Assembly: GCF_001447785.1 (NCBI RefSeq)
Contig: NW_015169777.1
Location: forward strand, 995,524 to 1,059,523
Length of the DNA stretch: 64,000 nucleotides
Reading direction: 5' to 3'
From: Gekko japonicus
Taxonomy: Eukaryota
In this document: positions 10,201 through 24,100 of the stretch, piece by piece
How the letters are laid out: every line of letters starts with the position of its first letter
How positions within the stretch are numbered: the stretch's first letter is position 1
Notes under the pieces: generated by a model
What the model saw: the letters and a program-made list of their open reading frames with translations, nothing else
Told to the model about the DNA's origin: nothing
Database searches by the model: none
Position numbers and translations under genes: made by a program

Positions 10201-11076
10201 AACCCTTCCTCCCCTCCCTTTCATGATTACAGATTACAGCATTTTATTTCCCTGGAAAGGAAAAACAGAGATGTGCTAGATTTTGAAGCAGTATTCAAAT
10301 TCCAGTGCTTTAGGCACAGGTGTTGCATCTGATTGCTGTGCCAGCTGGCATGGCTTGGGCAGAAGGTGTCTAAACTAGAATTGCCATGAATGTCATGGTG
10401 ACCATCTTTATTTAGATGCCAAATCAGAATGATTTGCCTGTAGGCTCACTGGGGATTGGGGAAGGATGCCTACTCTATACTTGCATCTTCCTCATTGTCT
10501 TCAGCCGTCCCAGAGACCACCAGAGGGACTTTGGGCTGCACCTTTGAAGGTTTGGCACCATGCACATCTTGGGGGGGTGAAGGCCACTCCTGCTGCACCA
10601 GGTCTGACTCACCGGAGCTTCTCTTGCCTTTTGCGCTTTGCTCATATTTGGAGGTGGCTTTGAACCCACATGGCTTGGTGCAGGCATAAGCAAGCTCCCT
10701 TCTTGCCCTAATTTCAGGGAGATAAGGGTAGGAAATGGGGAAATGGCTGTTAAAGGCAAGCCCTGTAGCACTTGCTAAAAATTGCGTTTAAGACACAGAA
10801 CAATGAAAGGATGTAACTATACAGATTCCTTTCACATATTCCGAATATGATGGAGGGAAGGCTAAGCCAAAAGACACTGCAAGTGATGCCTTATATGCAT
10901 CCCTGCCAAAGACTTCTTCCTAAAGGATTTTAAAATGGGAAAAAGTAATGATCATATCCTTCCTCCCCCTCCTTCTTTTGCTACAAACTGCCCCACTATT
11001 TGTTGCTCCTGGCAAACTGGTTTGCTTTAGAATGACCATAGAATAAAATAACTGTATCCCTCCCCAAAAAGAACTT

Positions 11077-11348
11077 GAAGAAGGAGAAATTGGATTTATA
11101 CCCCGCCCTTCACTCGGAGTCTCAGAGTGGCTTACAAACTCCTTTCCCTTCCCCTCCCCACAACAGACACCCTGTGCGGTAGGTGGGGCTGAGAGAGCTC
11201 TTTTGAGGACTGCTCTTGAGAGAACAACTCTGAGACAACTTGTGACTGATCCAAGGTCACACCAGCAGCTGCATGTGGAGGAGTGAAGAATCAAACCTGG
11301 TTCTCCCAGATTAGAGTCCACGCACTTAACTGCTACACCAAACTGGCT
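11077..11348 (-). mobile_element. tRNA-derived SINE (Squam3-like)
   Basis: Reverse-complement copy of the SINE at 7692/47920. Confidence 0.85.
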
Positions 11349-11507
11349 TGTTGCCGCTGGGGGCTGTAATAAAAGTGGATCTTCTCTTGTTTTTATTTTA
11401 CTATTATCTGGCTCATGTACTGCAGTGATCCTGACCCATGAGTCTTGAGTTTTGTCTTATGGGTCATTCCTGATCATGTGTCCCCAATACTTACAATAGC
11501 TGGATGA

Positions 11508-11813
<306 letters not shown>

Positions 11814-12560
11814 TAACAAAAGGTCCAAGCAGGCAAAGCTACCAAATGCTCTCAGTTTCCAAAGTAGGCTCAAGTCCCCTGAACCTCAGTTTTTTAGTTT
11901 TGTTTGAGCCAGAGCCATTCTATGTTGTGTAGAAGAGACCACAGTTTAGCAATACAGTATATGCATGTAGGTCCTGGGTTCATTCCCTGAAACCTCCAAG
12001 TAAACAGACCTTTGATAATAGGGCTGGGAGGGACCTTTGCCTAAGACTCTGGAAGGGAACAGCAGTGGGGTAGCAGAGGAACAGCATTTTTATAATAATG
12101 TGGAACCTTAGCACACCCAGATGTGGAAGTCTTAGTATGGGTACAAACGGTGATGTATCCAGTTATCTTTCCTGTAGAAACTCTTGCTTGTTGCTGTCAT
12201 TTGAGATTAATTCAAGTATCTACTTTTCCTTCCTTGGGTAAAGCTAAGAAAACAACTGAATACTATTTTAGTATTAGAGCGGTTGCGTAGATACTTCTTG
12301 GCCATACATTAGGCTTGCAAGTAGCCACTTACCTTGTTGCCTGTGGTCACTATTGCCTCCAGGCAGGCAAGTGCTGCAAAAGCGGTTTCTTTTTCTTTAG
12401 CCCACAAAAGACTAAGCTGGCAGATTGACTTGGGTGGGGGGTGGGGGGATAACCACAAAAATGGGTAACTGCCTTATGCTTTCAGGAAGGGCATAATGGC
12501 AAGTTTTCTTCCTTCCTGAATAACAAAGATGCTAAGTAACATCACTTTCTGTCTGTGCAG

Positions 12561-12785
12561 GACCTGCGTACAAACAGCCCCCGATACAGCAAAGGCTCCT
12601 ATAATGACTTCAGCTTTGTAACCAACAACAACAAAGAGGGCATCCCCATGAGAAAGGGAGAACATTTAGGAGAGTTTAACCTGGGATCAACCATCGTCTT
12701 GATTTTCGAGGCACCGAAGGATTTTATTTTCTACCTGAAACCTGGCCAGAAAATCCGCTTTGGAGAGGCCCTGGGATCTCTTTAG
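12561..12785 (+). CDS. PISD: Phosphatidylserine decarboxylase, last coding exon (LGST autocleavage/pyruvoyl site)
   Basis: cag|[19 protein letters not shown]...[19 protein letters not shown]...[11 protein letters not shown]. Confidence 0.97.
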   Translation, partial: DLRTNSPRYSKGSYNDFSFVTNNNKEGIPMRKGEHLGEFNLGSTIVLIFEAPKDFIFYLKPGQKIRFGEALGSL

Positions 12786-14764
12786 AGCCTCCACTGCCAG
12801 GAGGGGTTTTATATGCAATAGGGACTCAATTTGAAAAAGGAAAAGTTTCTCTAAGGTGGGAGTATTGCTCAGCAGGACCTGAGTGAGGACACTTGTTCTT
12901 AAACTGGGGTTGCGCAAGTGCATACCCACTATGAGAGCTGCATACATATCAGGGATCGTGGCCTTTAAGAATGTTGACCAGGGTGGCTTTTCTTCTTCCC
13001 TGTGCCTGCAGTAACAATAGTTTCTCCCTTTATACTCCTTTATGCAGCCCGCTTTTGCACAGAACCTCGAGGGCTGTGTTGAGCCAATATAAATTCTGCA
13101 GTCAGAGGGAGGAGAGGAAGCTGAGAGATTCCTCCTTTAAAGGGACACTAGCAGATTGACTTATGCGCCATATTGTTTTAATTGGTAAACTTGTTTTCCA
13201 GATTCTCTTCATACAAGCCTGTTTCATTGTCAATTTAAAAAATGTCCAATGCCAGCAGAACAAGGGGATTATCAAACATTGAAGTACCATTAGACTTATC
13301 TTTTTAAAAAGTTAAATCTGTTACTCTCCCTTTAAAGCAGAAGTTTGCACTGTATTTTAAACCTCAAACACTGTGTCCACATTCCTTATTTGACTTGATT
13401 GTGTTTGTTTTACTTATAAGTGTAGCTCACCCCAACCCTAATATTTCAGCTTACTCTTCTGGGCCTTAAAAGTTTCTGTTCTGTATGGGAGATACCCACA
13501 CTCCTTTAAGCTTGAAACATTAAAACTACCCAGTTGATGTCATTTCTCTGTGCACAGCTAGTGGGAATTCTTTTGCTGTTGAAAGCAAGCACAGTCAGTA
13601 GCCATGATTGGGGGAAGGGAAGAGGCAGTGAGAGAGTCTGCAAATATGCAGAATTCAAGTAGCAATAGGATAGACTTTAAAAAAATCATTTGGAATCTTC
13701 TGAGTAATCCAGTTTTTCTCACATGCATTTGACTTTTCCCACTCTTTGCTGAACTTGCTAATATTTATGTAGCTTTCTTCAGAAATTCAAATTTCCCCAT
13801 GCAAGATCAGATGTCAAGAATGCTGTTCTGAAGCTTCATCATGCAAGTGTCTCAAAACTAATGCTCAGAATGGGTTCCACTCTTTAACATCATGCCTGTT
13901 TCTGGAAAGAGTATTGCTTTATTTTTAAAAGAATTGTTTTGAATTCAAAAAACAAGCATACAAAGATAAACATCAGGAGTGCTGAGTTTATTTAGCTTTA
14001 AATTGTATCTTCCCTTTAAAAACACCTCTTGTGTATGCTTATCTTAAGCCTTATGTGTATACTTGCCAGCGCGCACACACCCACACACATGCGTGTGACA
14101 AGAATGCAAGAGTCTTCTCCTTTTAATATAGAAGGAGTATCTGGAAGAGAAAGCTAAGCCCCACTCCCACAATACAGAGATGAAGGTGCCTGCTGTAGAA
14201 AAAGAGCAGATCTTTATATGTCTGTGTGTGTGTCCTTGCTTGAGGCATGAATGCTTCTACTGACCCCCGTCTTTCTGGTGGTGGGACTGACGTAGGGCAG
14301 AGACTTCTTCATGATGCCTAGCTTGCCTCTCTTTCTTATGCAGCAAGTCACCCTCTTTTAACCCTAGAATGTCATCATAGTTGACATCTCTTGTATTGGT
14401 ACATCACTCAAGAGGCAAATCTAATTGAACAGGGACAGTTATAAAGCAGCTGAAAATAGACGACAGGCACCGGGGGTGGTGTGGGGGGTGGTGGCCTTGT
14501 TCCAGCCATTGGAGGAACAAATTGCTCCCACTGTGGCTGCACAGCCATCATGGCTTCGAATGTCTTATTCCTCAGCCTATCTAGCCGTATTGTTCTGAAC
14601 TCAAGGATGTTCTGCCTGGTCTGTTCAACAGGATTCTACTGGATGAATGTTCTGTGCTGAGCTAGGCTGCGTGGCAGCCAGGGCTGAAAAGGTCACACTG
14701 ATCCTAAATAAGTGGGAGTGGGTTTCTTGGTGATGCTGTGAATTTCTCCTACATGGAGAATCCA

Positions 14765-14770
14765 TTTAAT
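14765..14770 (-). terminator. SFI1: Probable SFI1 polyadenylation signal (ATTAAA)
   Basis: First A(A/T)TAAA I found on the minus strand downstream of the SFI1 stop (15006). Confidence 0.5.
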
Positions 14771-14856
14771 TTTTCAACTGTATCAGTAGCACAGTATTTT
14801 TGTATGTCAAAATGTACAACTTATGGACATTAACTCATTAATTGCAAACATTTTTA

Positions 14857-14862
14857 AATAAA
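14857..14862 (+). terminator. PISD: Probable PISD polyadenylation signal (AATAAA)
   Basis: AATAAA about 2.07 kb after the stop, with U-rich and UGUA elements upstream; the SFI1 last exon follows. Confidence 0.6.
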
Positions 14863-15005
14863 ACAAGTGACTTGCCCTGCTTGATTTTTTAAAAAGACAA
14901 AACGCCTGACCTTTTTACAGAGGCATCACTCCTTGCCAGAGTTCATGGAGCTAGCGGGTTCTCTAACCCTATCAAGGTCAACTGTCCCATTGCACAAGCA
15001 GTCAT

Positions 15006-15113
15006 TTAGCTGTTAAGAGCAGCTTGAATGTCCTGGATGCGTGTGCTGTAGTTCTGCATCTCTTCTCGCTCTTCTCCAAGTTGGCTTGTGAGGGATTGGA
15101 TCTGCACTTTCAG
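15006..15113 (-). CDS. SFI1: SFI1 last coding exon
   Basis: [35 protein letters not shown]; aligns to the human C-terminus. Confidence 0.9.
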   Translation of the reverse strand: MKVQIQSLTSQLGEEREEMQNYSTRIQDIQAALNS

Positions 15114-18100
15114 CTGCAGAGAAACCAGAATGCAGAAACCATTAGCAGTTGTGTGACAGAGAGAGGTGGGAATCTGTGCAATTGCCTATGTGCAATAACT
15201 TTTAACCTTTTGCAGGGAACACTAAAGCAGGAGTTAGCACCACATACCCAAGCAGCTTTGGAACCATTATCAAGGTAACAAGGCCTTCCTACAAGCAGCA
15301 ACAAAGAATGGTAACACGCTGGGAATTCTTGTTGCCACCTGCTCACAAGTAAATAGTTTGGATTTGCCCCATCTTGTTCTTTCTTACTACGTGTACTTAT
15401 GAAAAACAAATACCAAATTGAACCAGATGCAAAAGGGGAGTTTGGCTACAGAAGCATTTCCTTTTCAAAAATTAATAAATGTACAGGGGCCCGCCACTTG
15501 CATTTTCTTGACATGGGGTAAAACATCGGTTCTGCTGCCACCCAAATCATAATCTTGAACACCGTACTTCAGTGCAGTAATTTGGACTGACAGAACAAAC
15601 AAGCAAGGTCAGGAGACTGAATGTTATTAGATTTAAAGCAAAGCACCAAATGTGCCAACCAAAGCAGAATGAAGCAGCTATGAAGCAGGGTGTTTCATAG
15701 CAAAGGGAAGGGCAAGGGGATTACACAGAACGTTGACACCCCTGAACCCTGACCACAGAATGTCCTACTCAAGGCCCCCCTTACTTCTCAGATTTCATTA
15801 AAAACACATTTATCATTATTAGTCCCAAAGGCTACAAACTTCATTTTTAAAAAAAAATCAAAGCTGTTGAACCACAGAAGCAGAAAAAATACTCGGGGTA
15901 TTTGTCACATAATTGGGTATGTGCCTGTTTTGAGATGCAAGTCTCACATTTGCTTAGCTTCCCTCCCAGGATCCAACATTTTCTTTTCAATTAGGGCAGC
16001 CAAGTTAGTCTTTAGGATGCCACTAAACTCCTGTGGCCTTTTTTCAGCAACAGATTTAAATATCCTAGCATCCACTTTTGCGGAGTAGATGCAGTGAATG
16101 GCTTCTCACTAGGCATGCCTTTAAATATATGAAGTTAATTTTATTTCACCCTGTACTGCTTTAAGTTCATGGTCCTTTAAACCTGCATTTATTTATTTAA
16201 TCACTTCCTGTATGTCTGCATAATGAGGATCCACTGCATTCCACCTGAAGGAAGTGAGCTCTAGTCACAAAAAAACTGCTGGAGCAGAACTCTGTCAGTC
16301 TTTAAAGATTCCATATTTGTTTTCTGTTCATTTTCTTGTCTCCTTTCACTGTCAGCCATCGTACTAAGGAGCAAATCTAGCACACTTTCACGCAGTAATA
16401 CTGAGAAGGACTTGCATTTGTACCTGATCCAATTCTCCTTTTACTTGCTGCACAGATGCTTGCTCCTCAGTCCCCATACTCATTTTCAGCCACTTGAGCA
16501 AAATGCGTTGCCTTCTATGGCATAATCTGAAAGAAAAGAAACAACTCCCAATGTTCCCTGTTTGGACTGGTGATGACAAACAAGAAGGGTAATTTTATCA
16601 CTTCCCAATCATGCAGGCCTACGCAACTTTGCAGTACTAGAGTTTGTATAAGGTGCTCAGTACTTTACAGATGTTTTCTTCTTCATAGAATCATGATGCA
16701 GGCCACTAATATTTCCATTTAACAGATGGGAACTGAAGTTGGGAGATTACTGAGTTGGCCAAGGCCATCCTCAGCAAATTTGGTTTATAACCCCCCCAAC
16801 AATCTGTTTTCTGCTTCATCAAATGGTGCATCAGCATCTGAAAACAATGAAGCAATTCCATCTCTACTTCTTCCTCTCAGTGCTACTAATTACATTCTAT
16901 ATATTTCTTTGATAAATGGAGTGGACTGACAGAACAATGTAATCCTCCAGCCCAGTGCCTTTCTGTTTGTTTTTTAAATGCTGGTACTCATATATTTATT
17001 TTTATTTATTATTTCAATTTATATCCTGCCCTTCCCGCAAGTGTTGTTGCACTGCTTGCACTACGGTCGCACTGTTTCCACCAATTCCCCCCCCCCAGGA
17101 CTTGGGAGAGCCCCCACAAAAAGTGCCAGAAGTCAGTACCTGCTTCAGCCCATTACTGATTGCAACATTCTGTAATCCAGGTTTGATGGGAAAATTGGAC
17201 ATTACGCCCTTACATTCTAAGCAGTGCTTATTCTTTCAGGTTGTCTGACCAAACTGCAGCAAACAAGGAGAAATAAATAGCAGTAGACTCTCCTCCTTTG
17301 ATTAGCAGCTGAGTACATCTAAGCACAATAAGGACGGAATCAACAACTCCTTGCAGCCCTAGGCAACAGCCACAGAGCTTACTGGGAGAGGATGACCTAT
17401 CACAGCAGCTCTCAGTGGAGCTGTAGGAGAGGAACACATGGGAGTTACTGACATGCAGCTCCTCACTGAGAGCAGCTGTGACAGTTCTGACCATTCACAC
17501 CAGTGCTGGTGGTTGCTGCGTGTCCATTGGGCCTGGAACCTGACTACAAGTTATAACTGGTGTTTGATGGGCAAGATGCCATTGCTGAAGGAGGACCACA
17601 TCAGTGTAGCAGCCCAAAGAGAATCCCAATAAAATGGCTACTAACAGTTATGTCTAAGGCAGAGCCCCAAGTACAAATGAGGAAAGGGTACGTCACTACA
17701 CACTTCAGTTCCTGCAACTGCTGATTTCTGTAATAGCATTGCATTTTCTGCCCAATCTGTCGGAGCTCAGCCTCCAGCTGCTTATGAACTTCTGCCTCTC
17801 GTGTGGAACTGTCCATCTGATTTTCCTGTTGGCCTGCAACCAAAACCAAGACACAGGATTACATAATTCCTGCTAACCTGCTGCTTAGCTTCCAGATTCT
17901 GTACTGAATTCCATGCTGGGATGCAAGATATTTCCCCCCTTCTACTAAACATCCTTTCCACCAAGTGACTGCCTCCTCTCCTGAAGCACAGATTATCACT
18001 GCATTGTTCAAAAGCCCCAATGCTCGCTGACAAGAGAAAGTGTTTTGCTCCTTCCGCCAACACACATATGAGCAGCACTATTACCTGTCCTTCCATAAAG

Positions 18101-21100
18101 GGAGGAAGGGCTCTTGCTTCTGACAAAGTCTGCTGGCAAGAGCAGGTCTTCTCTTTGGCCTGTTGCCACTCTCTCTTTCCAGGGGCCTGCTACTGGAGGG
18201 CTTGTAGCATAGCACTTAGGGTGAAAGCTCAAAGACTTCTCCTCACCCTGGAAAGGAGAGAAAACAAAAACATTCAAATACGCAGCCAAACAAAGTTTTG
18301 CTTTGTGGTTTCTGTTTTAAACATGTTATAAGGCTTGCAAAGCCATTCGATGGAATTTTATGTATGTTAATATCCAATAAGCTTTTAAGACAAACTACAT
18401 TTTATGCTGGAAATCCACAAGGGGATCACTTTTTTTTTTTTTAAATAAAAAGAAAATTCCATGGTGCTGGTGGGATGCATTGGAACCATGGCACTGGGTA
18501 CAGAGAATTCAACCATTCTCCCACATGTCATTTCCCCAAAACTTCCTCTCTTGCTGTNNNNNNNNNNNNNNNNNNNNNNNNNNNGCCAGGACTAACACAG
18601 GGGGATGGTACAGGATTTCAGTTTGGAAAACAATATGAGGAGGGACCAGTTAACACCTCCCCCCTTGCCACGTGTTGTATGGCCCCCTCCCCGGTTCCTT
18701 TTTAAAAGGTTTTAAAAAATACATCAGGAGATAACATAATTTGGCCTGTAGAAGGCCACTGTGACAGCCCTGCTTTTTTAGAAGTGGCCAGTTCTTTGGC
18801 TTTAGCAAACTGCAAATGAGGTCAACTGCCCTTCATATGACCACTGTCTTCTGCATGAAAACTCACCGTTTTCTCTCCATTTCTCAGCCGTGGCACAAAA
18901 GAGGAAGGGGGCAACAACTCCAGCTTTTGACAGGCTGTGCTATGTGGCAAAGCATATTTGAGAAGGGGAGGTGATGAACAGTTGGAGGTGCCTAAGTGGG
19001 ATGAAGCAAGCTGACTGCTTTGCTCTTTTAGGGATGATGGCAAAGAGGCACCAGCTGGAGGACACGGTTTGCTCAGAGCATTTTTCTGCAAAGGCCCACT
19101 TAGAGCTTCCAGTCTAGAAGAGAACAAGGAAGACAAGATTGTTTTCTCTTTTGAGAGAGTCCAGATACAGATATCCTTGACATGAAAGAGGAAGATGCAG
19201 AGAACCTATACAGCCTTCTGCAGACATACATTGGTTTACAAGAAGGGATGCAGATGCAGCTTCCAAGGTGGTCTACAATTCAGTAAGTGATAATCAGTAG
19301 ATATTTTGTGCACATGCTTTATTCTGGTTACAAAAATATATATGCCTATTTAATGACTTGGAAAAATTGAAAAGAGGCAGACCTATGATGGAAGCAAGGA
19401 ACAAAACACAGATTGTAGAGAGCAACAGTATGGAATGAAGCACTGCATGCCATGCTCGAAAAACCTAATTGGAGAAACAGGTACAATCTTCACACGTGCA
19501 GCTTTTCTCTACAACTACAATGCACGACCTAGAACTTTTTTTACCTTTATTTAAACAAAAGATAAGACTTTCAAACTCCTAACACATCCTCTAGATTCCA
19601 TGCAGCCTTGCAACTCTTACGTTTCACTTATAACCGAATGGTTGTTCTTCCAGACTATCGTATTTTGTCAAACCTAGAATTCTCACTGCAGAAGAGTCCT
19701 GCTCTTCTTTAGGCTTTTACACCTTTAGCAAGAAAGCAGCAGGAACTGCAAAACAGTAGCAGAATTTCATGGGAGGACCAGAATGCTTGCTTGGCATCTT
19801 GGCTAAAAGTGACTAGATCTCACTAGGCCCACAAAAGGGCACTACAAGCAGTCCTTATACAAAGCTTGCTCAGGCTGCAGTTTGTCATGCCTGAGAGCAG
19901 TTGTGTCCCTACCCGTTCCAGTTGGAGCCTGGCATTTCCATTCTCTCCAGAGACTGCAGCAGGAAATCAGGCCTGCGTGGCTGCAGCCTTCTCTGCCGGG
20001 CTGAGTACCTGTGCGTAAGAAAGAAGGTAAGGTTAGTGGAGTCATGATGGAGCTTTTTTAATTTTGTATTTTTAATTAGGATCTTTGAATGTTCCATTTT
20101 TATTTTATTTTTGTAAACCCGCCTCTGGCAGGTTCCTCTAGAGGGAGCATAGACATGTTATAAATACATACATACATACATAAGCCAGAAAAAAAGCTAT
20201 TCTGTGCCAAGCTTGGCAGGTCTGTTCTAGATGGAGATGCTGTTCTCCAGCTCTCCCTCCTACGTCACCATCCCTGGGGTTAGCTTCTCTGTACATCCCA
20301 GGAAGCACTGTATTTGTTAATCAAAACAGAACCTCTTTCAGGTTCTTCCTCTTCCGTAACAGAAAGAATCCTAAGCATTATAAACTCCCTTGACTGACTC
20401 TTACAAATTTCCAGCTCTCCTAAAGACCCTCCCCAAAGTTTTCCATAAGGTAACATTTCATTATATATTCCAAAGAAAGGGGGAATGTTCTGCATTTCAA
20501 GGTATTCCTGCCTGGGCTGGCCCTCATGTTAGACAGAACTACATATTAGAAACACAGGGCTCTCCCACCATCACAAGCAGTGCTTTCCTTGTGTCATGGC
20601 ACCACTGTGTTGCACTGTGTTCTTACCCCCACTGGTAGAGGACAGTCAATTTGTGAAGCAAGTGTGAGAAACTGTCACACAGATGGATCTCAGGACACTG
20701 AAGATGCCATTATCAATAGCATCTCTGTGTCACCCATAACAGGAAGTTCCATCCTTAAGCAAGATCGGCTCCTACTCTTAAAATCTGTGGCCTGAGAGAG
20801 AAGGGCCAAGACTGAGCTGCTGTGGCTGGTTTCAAAGCAGGCACTGCCCTGTATGTGGCACCTAAGAATATATAGCTTTGCATAATTAAAGCAGCTATGG
20901 TTACTTGGATAGGCTGTGTACTAGAGAGAAGGAAATCTAACTTGTCCCAGTTCGGATGTTCAAGTATAAGTTAGCAAAGAGAATGAAAGAATTTTCGTTT
21001 TAACTCACAACTCAGTAAGGATGGAGTCTCCAGCAGCCAAGCAGAGTCGTAGATCTTCACTCTGAGCAGGCCTTAGCCCAGAGCACAGACTTGATGCTTC

Positions 21101-24100
21101 CCCTCTACCTCCACCAGCCTTAGAGGCTGTATCTGGCATTGGCACCTTGAACGAAACTCGCTTCTTGAGTGGGGCCCCTGGAAGAGAGAGGCCTCGCTTC
21201 TGGCAGAGAGCCTTCTGCTTCCAGAGCATGGCACAACGATAGACCAGATGGTGGTGGTGGCTAGCCATCTGCAATTGGAAAACAGCAGTAGACTGTGGGG
21301 TGCATGGAAGACAGGACTACAAGGGAAGGGAACAGGTGCTCCTCAGTGTGCTCCAAAAAAGAGATGGGCAGGCAGACCTAATGGACTGATCATGAGTCCT
21401 TGGCCTGGATCACACATATCGAGCAGCACCAGGATAAAGTCAGGCTAGCACCTGTTACCCATCTCATCCCTTCAGGATGCAGCTCACTCTCTTTTGGCTA
21501 AAGCCACTGAGCTGAGCTAAGGCACTAAGAAGATGGGATTCAAGTATGTGTGTGTGTTTGGCTTTATCCAGATCTGGACTCCTTTAGTGCAAATTGGACC
21601 AAAACCAGGATAGTGCCACCAACACCCAGGAAATTCCAGCAAGAAATATTTTCCCAGTATAATGCAGGAAGAAATGCTTCCAGGCCCATCTCAACTAGAT
21701 ATGTGCACTAGAGAGACAGGAGGCTGAGATAACTCTTCCCATTTTCTTGCTCCCCCCCCACCTCAACTAGAGACAGGGCTGTCCTCTCAGGACTTGCAAT
21801 GACCATGCATAACTTCTAAGTGATATAAGAGCTAACATGGATTGGAGTCCTTTATGCAATTGGTGATGGGACAAATTGGCTTTTTGCTGCCCTACAGGTG
21901 ACAACCTGACTTTCCATCAGGGAAAAATGACAGCTTTGCTAGCGGCTTTGGGCTTCCCAAGTCATCCATCTTGTCCTGAAGCACAGCTGGGGATCCAATT
22001 ATCCCTTCCAGCAAATACACCTGTATTATTTCAGCATCAGAGCAAACCACACTCCCAGAGATAAGGCTGCGGGATTCTAAGGCATATGTTTGCTATCACA
22101 AGAGCACCAAGCTCAGCCTATGCTGCACAAGTCCTCGGTCACATGAAATGAATATACCCTAACTACTGACTCAAGTCTTAATTGAAAAATTCTCCTGTGA
22201 TCTAAGCTAAACCTCTGCAGCCTTGAAGGATTAAGACGAAGCCCAAGTCTGGTGCAGCAGACAGCACGTGATGTTTGAAAATGGGAAACCCAGAACCAAG
22301 CTAATTTTTGGCTGTGGAACCTGCCTGGGGGACCACTGTTGTGCATCCTATCATTCTGCTCTGCAAAACTGGAAGCCTTCCTCCAGCCAAGGAAGCCTTC
22401 CATCTTAAGTTGGAGCAGAAAGTTTCCCAGTGTTGCTGAACGGAGTTCTAGCAAGGGGCCATTCTCTCTTAGGCATATACAGTACTTTTTCAGCATGGGA
22501 TCCCCTGAAGAAGAAAAAACATGCTCAGTCATGTGTAAAGACTGCATCGGCCCAATTCTGAGTAGTCCGGGAAGGCTCAGGACGGTCCTGAAGCCCATCC
22601 CACTCTTTTTACCTTCAGCTGGTGCTGGGCCTGCAGCTTCCCTCGGAATTGCTTCATGCCAGCTGCATATCTCAGAATGCGCGTCACACCCTCCCGCAAC
22701 AAGTCAGACCGGTAAACCTCCGCAGCTTTCTGTATGCGGGACTTTTTCCGTCGCCATTCCAGGACAGATCCTACCCAAGCATCAAATACCTGCAGTGAAG
22801 GCACACAAGAGACTGGAATGGAACACTGCACTTAACCAGAGGGTTTCTTCTCATTGGTGGAATGGAGACCCTTGGTGTAGCCACTGAACTATTTGGATGG
22901 CAGGTGCTCCAACTGTAATGAGTCCTACTATGTGAGACTGCCACCCAGGATGCCCTCAGCTTTTTAGCATCCCTCTCAAGAATACCCTTCTCCTTCAGGG
23001 TTTATTATCTTTGGTGGAATGACGTTAGACTCCCAAGCGATGTGTGATTCCTTGGACTTTTACTTCTCAATGCAACATAAAGAGTTGGAAAGAGAGGGGG
23101 AAAGACGCTTTGGCCCTTCCCACACTGGTGATTTCCCCAGGTTTCTTGCTGTTGGGAAGTTTTCTTCTCACTTACCCACAGTATCACAGTGCCACTGGGG
23201 AGGGGCTGTAGCTCAGTGCTAGACCATCTGCTTTCCATGCAGAAGGCCTCATGCTCAATCCCCAGCATATCCGTTTGAAAGGACCAGGTAAGAGGTGATG
23301 TGAAGGACCTCCACCAGAAACCCCAGAGATCTGCTGCCAGTCTGAGTAGGCAATACTGAATTCTATGGACGAATGGTCTGATTCAGTATAAGGCTACGTC
23401 ATGTGTGTTCACCTGGGCTTTCCTGTATTTTCTGCGATCTTTCCTAACCCTGCTTTGCTCTGACGTTCTGGGAAACATCACATTTTCCACATTCTGCCTA
23501 CACAGTACCCATTCCCCCTGCCCTAGTCCCTACAGCAGCTACTCCCCCCTCCCGCCTGCATGCCACAAGGCATTGAGTTTGTTTTTCAATCAGCAGTTGA
23601 CATCTCAGAAAAAGTTTCCCCCTGTAGTGCAGGAAGGATCGGGAAATGGCCACCACGGGGGGGGGGGGAGGATGGGAGGGCTGCCATCTGGAAGCCCCCT
23701 TGCCACTGGGCTGCATCAGCAGCTGTAGAAACACCAGGGTTTCCATACGGAAGCGCTGCCGCGGGGGGAAGTCCTTCGTGCTCTCACTGCTCGACTGCCA
23801 CTGAGCCTCTTCCTTCCCAACTGTATGGTGCTAACTCATTATTTCTCACTCCGGGATACCACGTCTTACCTTCCCCTGCAGCGAGAGGGACCAGTGCCAC
23901 AGCGCTCGCACAGTTTCCTGCTGTTCCCACCGCCTGTGTGCCAACTGTTGATGAGGGGAAAAAAAGGCCCCACATAAGCCCATGTGGTCCTGGTTACCAA
24001 GTTGTACAGTTTGCAGGCAACAAACTCAGCCGGATACCGAAGAAAGGGATAGTAACAGAAGATGGTCAGATACACAGCTCAGTATCCTTTTAAAGGATCT

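Noticed and set aside
17683-17691. Second U12 donor (GTACCCTTT, minus strand) after SFI1 exon 30
   Set aside because: Mismatch at the near-invariant +4 T. The downstream acceptor (16527) has a U2-type pyrimidine tract and no U12 branch site, and homology fits the GT donor 12 nt earlier.
23197-23275. tRNA gene
   Set aside because: Degenerate cloverleaf that continues into a repeat body; it is a SINE head.
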